From Mytilus trossulus (taxonomy: Eukaryota), in assembly GCF_036588685.1 (NCBI RefSeq), contig NC_086386.1, positions 52,204,001 through 52,268,000 on the forward strand: a stretch of 64,000 nucleotides of DNA, given 5' to 3'. This document shows positions 32,026 through 43,815 of the stretch, piece after piece (within the stretch, counting starts at the first letter, position 1; each line of letters begins with the position of its first letter). Position numbers and translations under genes: made by a program. The notes under the pieces are model-generated. The model was not told where the DNA came from. It was given only the letters and a program-made list of their open reading frames with translations, and did not search any database.

Positions 32026-35000
32026 CTATAAGTACCATTGACTGATTGTATTCTGAAAAACATCATTACTCGAGTGTATAAATATGTGTGATTTCTGTAT
32101 CTCCTATACATGTATATACTCGATATACAACACAACTGTAATGAAAAATAAATACCACAGTTATCAATTTAGTGCGACATATTTGCATTAGAATTCATTC
32201 CATCGTAAATGTAAGTTTCATCCAAGACATCATGCAATATTCAAACATCGTGATACATGCACATGATGCAGATCATATATAGATACAGGAAGATGTGGTG
32301 TGAGTGCCAATGAGACAACGCTCCTTCCAAAATAGCAAGTTTGAAACAGTAAACCATTATAGGTCGACGTACGGCCTTCAACACGGAGCCTTGACTCACA
32401 CCGAACAACAAACTATAAAGGCCCCCAAAATTACCCGTGTAAAACCATTCAAACAGGAAAATGTGTTAAAAATGCAACAGAAACAATCAGGCAATTGTGT
32501 GGTCTGTTTGAGAATTCAAAAAAGAAGTATTTCAAATCTATCTACAAACTTCAACGAGATGTTCCTGACATTCGATATCGATATGTTTTGTTCTACTTGT
32601 TTGACTTGGTATGTGTGTTAGGAAACAATATTTTTATTAAATGCAAAACAAACAAAAAAACACAATAATAATTATCCTCATTTTTAAATCTCGTTTTTTA
32701 ATATTCAGATGTGAGTCAAAGCGGTATGAATAAAATATATATTGTTGTCAAGTGTTTATTTTGTTTTATCAATTCCTTTGCTCACAATAAATTCCAAATA
32801 AGTTCCAAAACTTTTGTTTAAAGCCCAATTTTCATTTTACAGCATTGTCGCCAGGTAACCTAAATTTGCGACAGTAAAACTACCGATGGACGTCCTTAAA
32901 GCTTCAAATACAATACAGTTATCTCTTAAATGTAACTTTAGACAGGATTAATTGTCCATTTGAATAATAATAAAACAAAAACCCAGCTGTACGACTTTTA
33001 CCATTTTAATACTCACGAAAAATAGTTTTGATAGTTAAAAGTAATACCATTAGTCATAATATGCGACGTTGAAGTGTTAGTTTTGTATCCTCACAGTAAT
33101 TTTTAAAAATATCTTCCTAAGATTTTATTTTACAAGTCAAAGTGGATTTGTAGCCTTCTTATACGTCAGTTACTGTTTTCCTACGTGACGTGTTTACGAC
33201 CGAAATAACAATTTTGGTGACCTTTCGTCTATAACAATTATAAACGATGTAATTACTTCTAATTACACGTGTGAAACGATTGAAATGTTAAATTGCAATC
33301 CCCTTTAATCAAGAACATTCGTAGAAATACATAAATAGGGTTATTTTAGAAAGCAATTATCGTTTTGAAAGTTTGATGGATGGTTTGGTAATGAAAGACG
33401 AACAAGTAGGTAAAAACGAATACCTTATTATGCACAGTCCAAGAAATGGTTTTCAAACAACATATGTTTATCTTAAACAGTGTAAGAACCCACAAACATT
33501 CCATTTGTGCTCAAACAATAACAATTGATACCCACGAATACAAGTACTTTCACAGTAATTGATGTCCTGAGCTTGCAATGTCAGCAACTACTTGCAGGTG
33601 TTTATGTTAGTTTATTATATCTCTTTTGCTTAATTTTTTTCTGTAACAAATTTAATTTTGGTTCGTTTCTATGTTTTAGAGACTTTTAGCGTCCATTTAT
33701 TTGCACTTTATACACATATTGTTAGTGGCGAGCTGCCATTCGCATACGGACGCATAGTTGTCTCTCTGTTTGGAAAACATATCACATTGATATAAAAAAA
33801 GAAGATGTGGTATGATTGCCAATGAAACAACTACCCAAAAAAGACCAAAATGACACAAACATTAACATATATAGGTCACCATACGGACTTCAACAATGAG
33901 TAAAGCCCATACCGCATAGTCAGCTATAACAGATCCAAATAAGATAAGATAAAACAACTCAAACGAGAAAAATAACGGCCTTATTTATGTAAATAATGAA
34001 CGAAAAACAAATATGTAACACATAAACAAACGACAACCACTGAATTACAGGCTCCTGATACAGTGTTTTCTGCTCTTTAGTTGGTTGCTATCTCTTTCGC
34101 ACTGTTTCCATTATTTCTCTAGCATACATCAGCTTTTAAACTGCAAATAACGATTTACGAGTATCATCTTATTTAAACTGCATTGGACTTTAATCTATTG
34201 TTTATCTTTAGACTCTGAACTGTGAATACATTGTTCTGATACTTGAATCTAACATAAGTAATATTTCCTCAAATCAAGTCATATGAGAGCCTATATGCAT
34301 ATTTGACATTATTAGAATAAGTGAACAAATTTTGGACAGGCGTTAAATATCTACTTTCAATATGAAGGGAGGCAAATATTCATTGCCTTTCAGATGAAAA
34401 ATATCAAGAGGTATACTGAAATTCTTAGAGTATTGGAAACACATTAAAAAAACACTCATAACAACCTGATTATGAGGACAAGAGAACATTAAGCTATCAA
34501 ATATGAACTATGATAGTCGTTTTACATGTTCACTCGCATATTCTCTTCGATATATACAGGCAGTATGGTACATATCAAATATTCAAATTTAATATTATGC
34601 ACTGCCATGTTTAAAGCAAACCGAGAGTCCGTTCGCTTTGATAACCGTTTTGCCATTGGATGTTTTATATTTTCATGTTTATGTCTTTTCCGTGGTTTAT
34701 AATGTAAATTGTCAATAAGAATAGAGCAAGCTGAAAATTGTTGAAATTTCTGTAAATGTTTTTTTTCAATTTAATTTTCATATTCAATCCTTAACAGTAA
34801 TAGCAGGAACCTAGTCAGTCATTTGATCCTATATATCACAACCTGGTTATGTTTTATAACTTCTATTTTAAAGATAAATGATTAAGCCATCAATTTACAT
34901 GTATTACACCATGATTTACAAAATGTCAAACATTTGAAATAAAAGAAACAAGATGCGAACAAAATTAGAATCATTTCCTTTCAATTTGTACATCATTGTT

Positions 35001-37041
35001 TTCCCTCATACCAAGCTGACTAGTGAAAACATATGTTTGTGATTTTCTTAAATCCACTAGAGACACCAATAAAACAATCAGTACAAACATATGTACAATG
35101 AAGCAAATATATGTTCTTCATGACTACAAGGCTAGTCAGTCCAGAAACAGTCCTCCTGAAAAAGGTATCGTCCATGTCTATATGTTACGTGTTTGCAAAT
35201 CTAATGGTCTTTTTTTATTTCGTAAACTATCTAGTGTAATTTACATGATATCATTCAAAAAGTAAATCTCTTTTGAAAGCACTAACACAACTGCACATGT
35301 TTGCAAAAAAACAAAAAGCTATATAAAGAAATTATAAAATATTTCGTAAATTTAATGGCGGTCACAAAGGTGTATAGTGGCAGGATGCATATGAAACCCT
35401 ACATTAAATACACAAATGTCATGTACATGCACTAATAGTATACAATTGGTGATGTAACTTTTTCAAATGTAGTTTCATTCCTTCTGCATGTTGAGTGCAA
35501 CTGCATATTCACATATTTTAATTTGAATTAACGGTTGAAGGCTAAATACTGGCGATAGTTTCCTAACGAGTGCAGTGGGGATATCAGTTATCGGTTTATA
35601 GCATTTAATATAATATAAAACTGAACATCTTAACAAATATTTGATTTTAATTAAATGTATGTCTGAAAAAAATTTAACACAATAACAAATTACGCTAATA
35701 TTATACTAAGCTGCCCATGCTCAGCGCTAAACATATAGTTTACAAGAACATAGGATTTCTGTCACATACATGATAACGCATATTTTTTCAGGGAGGGGAG
35801 GGGTCTTGAAGATTTTGTCCGCCTTTCTTTCCAACAAAAACACATTATTATTTATGCATGCTCATCTGAAATATTTTATTTGTTTTTTTTCATTTGATTT
35901 TTTTTGGTAAAAACAAACATTTTCTGCACCAACCCCTACCAACACAGACAAATACCCACCCTTCCCCTCCCCACACACGCACACACGATATGTTATGTTT
36001 CCAAGATTAAACTGGAAGAAATATCACCATAAGATTTATTCTACATCAATGGAATAAAATACAAATGTATTACATTTCATCCTAGATGGTAAAACGTATA
36101 TAGAATAATAATGTAACGATAGCAGATAGATTAAATAGCATTGTTTATATTACAAAAACGGAAAAAATATAGGTCCGTGCGGCATATTACCAACATTTAT
36201 ATGACCTGAACTGGTTAGAGTTTAAACTTATACCAAAAAACTATATTACCCATAACTCCACTTTTGGACTTCCTAAGGAATAAATTTTAGGCGCTATCCT
36301 GTTTTCTTTAATAGTATGAGATGAAATACAGAGATAATCATAATGATGTCTGTGAACCAGTACGTTGATAAATTAACATATCTATAAATGTTATATATCT
36401 TCCTAAACATGCAAAAAATAGTTGTGGATTGTGAAACAGCTCTGTTTATAAAGTGCAACCTACAATTACCATTACATTTTATTTAAAACCATATATGTCA
36501 TGTTAATTTGATGCAAAATTTTAATTGGAATAAGATAATCGTATTGATTTAAGTAATATCACCATGGCAATTTATAAATCATCAAACATCTAGGAAATGC
36601 TGCATGGTAAGAAAATTAATAAGAAATCCTTTTTTTACATCATATTTTGTTGTTTTTTACTAATGAGATAATAAAATCCAGAAACAGCATAGGAATGTTT
36701 GTTCTTTCAAGGTATTTCATGAAAATAATTATCTACTAGAAAAGAGGAAAGTATTTTTTCAAAGTTATCTATCATTTTTGTCAGCTGTTAATTCCATACT
36801 ATATTGTTGTGAGCAATTCGGTAGTTTGAGCGTCAATGATAGACCTATCAGAACAAAACACAAGTTTAACGTTAAAAAATTAAAATTGTGGTTTAATAAT
36901 TACCTTTAGTTATAAATATCTGAATAGGGTTATTAAACCTAGCTCAACGAGTTAGTTAATTGAGTCTTTTCACATACATGTATGAACCATTTTATTTTGT
37001 ATTGGGTTTCATGGTTTGTGGCAAACGTAAACATTACATAC

Positions 37042-37169
37042 CTGCGGAATTCTACACAAACTCCAGGGGTGACCGTTGTTGCCCTTGGAGTACTGACTCC
37101 GGGTGTAAGAGTTCTCGCATGAGCAGTACTCAAAATAAAAATCCCAGTCTTGACTAAAATCCATTCCAT
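37042..37169 (-). CDS. EGF-like receptor gene, exon 1 (signal peptide + short Thr/Pro repeat)
   Basis: MEWILVKTGIFILSTAHARTLTPGVSTPRATTVTPGVCVEFR, CAG|GTATGT donor, phase 2 matching exon 2. An alternative ATG is at 37190. Confidence 0.75.
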
Positions 37170-38505
37170 ACTTTCATGAGAAAATATCATAAATAAAAAT
37201 TCTTCTCAAGGAAATAATACAAAGTAATTCTGATATTGTATGAGAATAAGGAAATATATATATATAGACTATTATTTATTTATAGGAACCAAATAATTCC
37301 TGTTATGCAACCTTAATAGTTTAAGGAGATATATGGTATGTTTAACAAAACATGACTTATTTGAAATTTACAATTAATTCATGAACTTCTGAGCAATAAC
37401 ACATATTAAGCTGTAGTGCAAAAACTACATGTAGTTTTCTGACATAAATTAGACTGACAGTATCCAATGCCTTTTGCATAAGGGTATTATCAATAATCAT
37501 TATGATTGATGTTTTACAAAATGGATATAATTTGTTCGTTTTGAATATTGTCATTTTCTTTTTTAAAGATTGTTCATTAAATCAAATTAGTTGTCCAATA
37601 ACTACGACCGAATTGATAAAATTGCCAATTCTTTTGGAAATTGTAATGGTATAAAAGAGTTTCAAAAGATGCTAGAGGGACATTCAAACTTACAAATCGA
37701 AAACACAACATAGATAAAGCTTCAAATACTGGTTAAAAGAATATACGGAATCAATACAATAATGTTCAAATTAATTGCGTTACCACTTCATTCACATACA
37801 ATTGCATTGTTGGTTTGGTGCTTCATCTATAACAAAAAATAAAACGATATACATGTATGTATGGGTTCGGGTGATGCAGATATATTTGTTGTAAATAACA
37901 ATATTTTTTGTATTCAACCTTTTTTTAAATATTAAACACAAATATTTCAGATAATCGTGAATACATAGTTGTTTCTGCTTAAAAAAGGACGGACGTGACA
38001 CAAAATAAAAAAACCCAACAAAATCCGTGATCCTGCGTTTTAAAGAAAAGAAAAAAATGCTCTTTCTTGTCATTTTTTATAAAAGTTTTATTAAAAAAAC
38101 CGCATATAAAATTCAGAGATTTGTGGACATGATATGAGTTCGATTATATCAAATGTTATAGGTCGAAATTTCAATATAAATGATAATCTAAACAGCACTT
38201 GTCAAAACTTATCGTCAGCATTTATCATTAAAGTGTTTTATCGAGTCAAAATATGTGAATGTATAGTTGTACCCAACATTACCATGAAATGACACTACAG
38301 TTTTAAAAGTCACGTTGATAATCATTTTCGCTAGCCAATGGTTACGATCCACTGCCGCTTTCTCTCACCCTTGGCGGATCGAGCCAGATTTTGTTAAAAC
38401 AATGTTACGCCATCTAGCGATTTTTATATGACACGCCCACTTCTACTACATAATTTTTGACCAATGAGAGCACTTGTAATATATGTAGTTTGGTTAATAA
38501 CAAAA

Positions 38506-40686
38506 ATGGCTGCGCCCAGTATTTACAAACAGATATGTGATAAATTTCAAATTTCTTCTTTGGCGGCTTATCAGGAGAAAGCAATTAAAGCAATTTCGGA
38601 GGGAAATGATGTGTTTGTGGGAACAAAAAATGGAAGTGGGAAATCAATGACATACGAGAGTTTTCCCGTAATTAAACCTGGATCGACGGTTTTAGTGATT
38701 GCTCCGCTGTTGACAATAATGTCAGAACAGTCTGAGAAGTTACAAAAGTTCGGATTTTAAGCTACATATATAGGCAAAAACGTATCCGAAAATGAAGCAA
38801 TTGAACAAGGAAAATATGATTTCGTTTTTGGAAGTCCTGAGGTTCTTGTCGGAGACACCAAATGGAGAGAAATATTGAAATCCGCCGTATACCAGAAACA
38901 GATGGCATTGATTGTGGTTGACGAGGCACACACAGTAGTACAATGGTAGGTTGTTTTAAAACTATAAGTGTTCGAATGAGGCATTTATTTTGTTTTTCAA
39001 TTTTTATATATATAATGTGATAAGACAAGGGGGTTTGAAAGGAAAGCTACATGTAACATGGACTATCACATGTAAACCATGTTAAAATAAGGAGATGTGG
39101 TACACCTAATTTTATAGGCATCAATGCTTCCCCTCAACCTTCAACATTGAGCAAAACCAACAGCATATAGCCAGTCGTTACAGTCATCAACAAATAAAAT
39201 GAACCTAAATTATCAACAATAAATACAAAAAAATAAATATTGTGTACCACAAGCAACAACTGCTGATTGATTAACAGGCTACTAACTTAAGGAGTGTATT
39301 ATATTAGTATTAGTATTAGACTTTAGTATTGTTTTATTCCTAAACCCATAAAATGTTACATTGTAAATACATGTACATGTATGTACTAAAACATGCAGCA
39401 CTAGAATATTTGCTAGCCAAGGGTTACGATCAGATACATGCATTATAACAAAAATATTAGAATATTAATATATTCAGACAAAATAGCTGTATATCATATT
39501 AATTTTTTCAGGGGAGAAAGTTATGACACAGAGGAACCATTTAGAGAATGGTTTGCAAGAATTGGTGAATTGCGATCTTTATGTCCAAATGCATCAATGG
39601 CTGCGTTGACCGCCACATCAGGACCAAGCCAAAGGAGAAAAATAATGAAACTGTTGTGTTTCCGTGCACATTCTGAAGTTATTCTGGATTCTCCAGATCG
39701 CGTAAACATTAAGATTTCCTCATTATGTATTCCCAATAAAGACAATTTGGAAAAAAGTGTTTACTTGGTTGATAGACACTCTAAAAAGTCAAATAGAAAA
39801 AGCTGACAGGCACATAATATTTTGTGAAAGTATAGCAGAGGTTTCAAAAATCTATGCAATGTTCATTAAACAATTTGGTCATAACAGCAAACTTTTTGAA
39901 ATGTTTCATGGCAAAACAAATGAAAAAGTAAAGGAAAAAACCCGAAATGATATGACAGTTGACGGTGATATTCGTATACTTATTTGTACAAATGCTGCAG
40001 GAATGGGCGTTAATTTCTTTGGGGTTCATAACATTATGCATTTGAATTTGCCTCGGCTTATTAATACTTTTGTTCAGCAGATGGGAAGAGCAGGCAGGGA
40101 TGGAGAAGTTTCTGATGAACTAATTATGTATAGGAATCATAAGAGTCACCTGAAGAAGGTTGAAAATTACTTGATTAGAATGGTAAAAGATGATAGCAAG
40201 GGCAAACATGAGTTACTTTGTGGTGCGTACTTGATTTCTCACAAAAAAATTGTTCCTTCTCACAATTGCTGTGACACATGTGCAAAACAATGTTCTTGTG
40301 AGGATGAACAATGTCCACGCACACATGCTGCTTTAACAGTAATCAATGACACAGAATCAGATTCATTAGAGGAAGTAATGCAAAGATATGTTTCTGATAG
40401 TGAAAGACAACTGATAAATCAAAAACTGATGTCATATAAATACACATTAAACTCAGCTTGCTCTGGATTCATTGTAGATTCAAATGTAGTGCATGGACTA
40501 ACTGATGAAGTTGTGACAAACATAGTGGCAAATTGTAATACAATTTTTACTTGTGAAGACGTAATGTGCAAGTTTTCAATTTGGTCATTTCAAACAGTTG
40601 TTGACATCTGTAATATAATATGTGATGTTCTTGGTGACATGGATATGTATAATTTACTGGACTACACAGAGGAGGACTCCAATTGA
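38506..40686 (+). pseudogene. RecQ-like SF2 helicase pseudogene (exons 38506-38945, 39512-40686)
   Basis: GSGKS, IAPL, VVDEAH, ALTAT, AGMGVN, QQMGRAGRDG and CCDTC motifs with a GT-AG intron. In-frame TAA at 38758 and a frameshift in the A-run near 39755. Confidence 0.9.
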
Positions 40687-42010
40687 TATTTGAATAAAAT
40701 AATAAAAGCATCTTAAAAGCTGTACATTGTATGTATACAAAAAAAAGATGTGGTATAATTGCCAATGAGACAACTCTCCACAGGAGACCAAAATGACACA
40801 GAAAATACCAGCTACATGTACATGTATAGGTCACCATATAGACAACAATAATCAAAGCCCATACCACATAGTCAGCTATAAAAGGCCCAGAAATGACACT
40901 GTTAACAATTGCACGAGACAACTGAAGGCCTCATTTATATGAAAAATGAACTTAAGCTCTATACCAAGAATTATCAATATTACAGGATATACATGTACTA
41001 TTATGTGTTATGATTGGTCCTTTAATAGGAAGAACAAAATTTTATTTATTATTTGAAACTGGCTTTGCTGTAAGTACCTTATGTCAACTATGCTAATATA
41101 GTTTTTCTGCTGTGCTAATTGCGCCCTGTGTGGGGTTGATTGCTCACTTACACACTTATATATATAAAAGAAGAGGTGGTATGATTGCTGATGAGACAAC
41201 TCTCCACAAGTGACAAAATGACACAGAAATTATCAACTACAGGGCACCGTACATCCATTGACTAGGGAAGATGCCGTCTGGCCTTCAACAATGTGCATGT
41301 TTCAAGTCAGGAGCCTGTTCTTATGTGGTGGTCATTGTTTCATGCCTATCAAATTTTGTATTAGTTTTCATGTTTCAGGTCTTGGATTTGCATAGTAAAC
41401 TACATTGTCAAAACTCACCAATTGTATATATATACATGTAAAGAAGTCATTTAATTTGAACTCTACTGATTAGTTGTCTCGTTAGGAAGAATCACCACAT
41501 CTCCTTATATGTCAACGAGACAGCCTCACACAAACAAGATATACCAAATATACTATGTCAACTAGCAGTTGTCTATGCAATATCTAGCTATAAATGATCC
41601 AAAGTGAATAAATGTTGTTGGAATAAATACATAAAAAAATCCAAAAATAAAGAAACAATAAAAATACCTTGCGAAGAAACTACAAAACTTCACATGATTG
41701 TGCTGGAGTCCAGTGACAAATACTTCAGTTCCAGGAATGAAAATAACAAGAAAAATCAATGATTAAACGAACCCATTGATGAACCTAGGTGCTCCAAAAG
41801 GACAGGAAATTCATTCTACATGTTGACACATTTTTTGAACTACATTATGAATGTATCAGTTTACAGGATGGGCCATAATCTTGACCAACTTGCAGGCTTT
41901 TTTTATTAGATATAATATGTATGGGGGTCTATGCTTTTTTCATCGGTTAAGCAACGGCAATTATGTGGCATTGGATAACTAGTCATTGACTGTAAAAAGG
42001 TACATTTTAA

Positions 42011-42290
42011 TCCACTTTAATATGTGTACTGAATAGAATGTCATATTACAGCTAATTCTCTAAAGCATGTAGAGCAAGACTTTAGTTAGCTTGCTTGCTT
42101 TGTTTTTATGTTGTACAACCATAAGAACACCCAATCAAATTCAAATATTATACATGTTGAACTATGCCTATATATCATGTATAAGTTGTTTAAATATATC
42201 AATCTTATTGATAAAGCTTGCATAAACAAGCAAGCCAACCAAAGTTTTGCCTTACATGCAGTAGAAAATTAGCTGTAAATTATAAGTGGA
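42011..42290. repeat. Small fold-back/MITE-like element flanked by TTAA
   Basis: TTAA|TCCACTT...AAGTGGA|TTAA with ~70-bp imperfect inverted arms. Confidence 0.45.
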
Positions 42291-42347
42291 TTAAGTCATA
42301 CATGTATTTTATTCCATTAAATAATCAAAAGGCATAAAAGTCATCAT

Positions 42348-43194
42348 CTAAATTGTCTCATATGAAAGACGTTCCTTGTTGTCCGTAATCCACCTATGTA
42401 GCTCGGGCACTTTTAATCTGGAGAAGATGTCTGAGAATAAGGGAAATTTGGTATACTCTCTACCAGAATAAAGTCAAAAACACGTGCAGATTGAAGTTCG
42501 GATACCATAGCAGTAATATCATTTAGTTTGGATCGTTCTGGTCTTCTTCTTCCTGTTATATTCTTGTTAACTTCTTTTTGTATATTTGTAAAAATCTCCT
42601 CCTGAATTTGCAATGTCAAAGCTGCATTTCTTGCACTCTTGTATGTAGCATTAGCACCTTGAGCATATATTTTCTTCTTTACTGCCTGGACCAGCATTTC
42701 TACCAAGTTGTCATTAGGTAAATCATGTCCAATATTGCCATGCATATTGGCAGTACAATTCCAAATATATTCATACGCCATTCGAGGAGTTAATAAGGAA
42801 TAACAATACATGTAGGCCATGAATCTAAATAGCCATAGTTGATATTTTGTATGATTTCCGATGCGAGACAATAACATCTGGAATTTAGCATTTAAAAGAA
42901 TTATATCTCCATCTCCCATCTCGTAGGCATCATTGGTGTCCCTTAACAACAGTGAACACTTCATGAAAGAATCCCGGTACAGTGCTATATGGTCATTCTT
43001 AGAAGGTGTTTCTTGTTCATTGTCAAAGTCCCATTGATGTTGAAGTTTTAAGTGTTTCTTTATGCCCCCTTTTGTTTTATATTGTTTGTTACAAACTTCA
43101 CAAGCATATTTCTGTAAATCATTGTGATGCATTGCTTCGATTTGCCTGATTTGTGTATTTAAGGCAGACGTTTTTCCTGAGAGATCTGGCAAAT
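42348..43194 (-). pseudogene. Academ-type (DUF6589-like) transposase last exon with an inserted C2H2 zinc finger
   Basis: CEVCNKQYKTKGGIKKHLKLQH, DAYEMGDG, HTKY, LTPRMAYEYIWN..N..G..G...PNDNLVE. Frameshift near 42465. A further decayed exon lies at ~43713-43810. Confidence 0.8.
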
Positions 43195-43815
43195 CTGAAA
43201 TATTGAATGAAATAATTAGGACATTTAATAATATACATACATTGTACAAGTACATGTAAATAACCAGTCAGATATTGTCTGTCAGCTTTTTTATCATGAC
43301 CTAATTAACATATCACCAAGTAATTGCACTTTGAAATGTAGGTCATTGTGATTCATGTGCAACCAAAAGTAATTGAACCATACATGTTTGCATGTAAATA
43401 TTTTTCGGTATTTAACTTATTTCAAAGAAATTTACCAATTGTGTAAGATGCAAGAACAGTTTGATTCATTATATACTGAAAACAATCCACACACCCCTTC
43501 TTTTGTGGGAAAACATTTTGTTTTTAAATATAGTAAAGGGATCACTAAAGTAACAATGGACCCTGCTCTTCTGATTATTTATGTAACTGCCACTGGTTTT
43601 TATATATTAAATTCTATTTATAAATTATAAAAATTGTCTTCTTTTGGTTTCATATTTTTTCAGGCTATCAATAAATACTATACAACCACTTTCAGTGTGA
43701 TTGTTTAATTACCGTTTGTTATCTTTATGTATTTCTCCAAGATGTCTTCTGATACTTTGAAATATATCTGTACTTTTCATCTTCTGGTAAAATGTCAAAC
43801 TATGGCTGTTTTCTT

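Larger units (their letters stand above)
38332..43815. mobile_element. Decayed AcademH-type DNA transposon, right end lost
   Basis: A RecQ-like helicase converging on a DUF6589-like transposase is the AcademH arrangement. Candidate TAG terminus at 38332. No matching right TIR or TSD found. Confidence 0.75.

Noticed and set aside
36822-36880. Second hammerhead/retrozyme-like sequence (GAGCGTCAATGATAGACC...)
   Set aside because: Resembles 22698-22745, but the catalytic core is destroyed.
38464-40686. RecQ/WRN/BLM host helicase gene
   Set aside because: It has a stop and a frameshift, lacks HRDC/exonuclease regions and is paired with a transposase, so it is transposon cargo.
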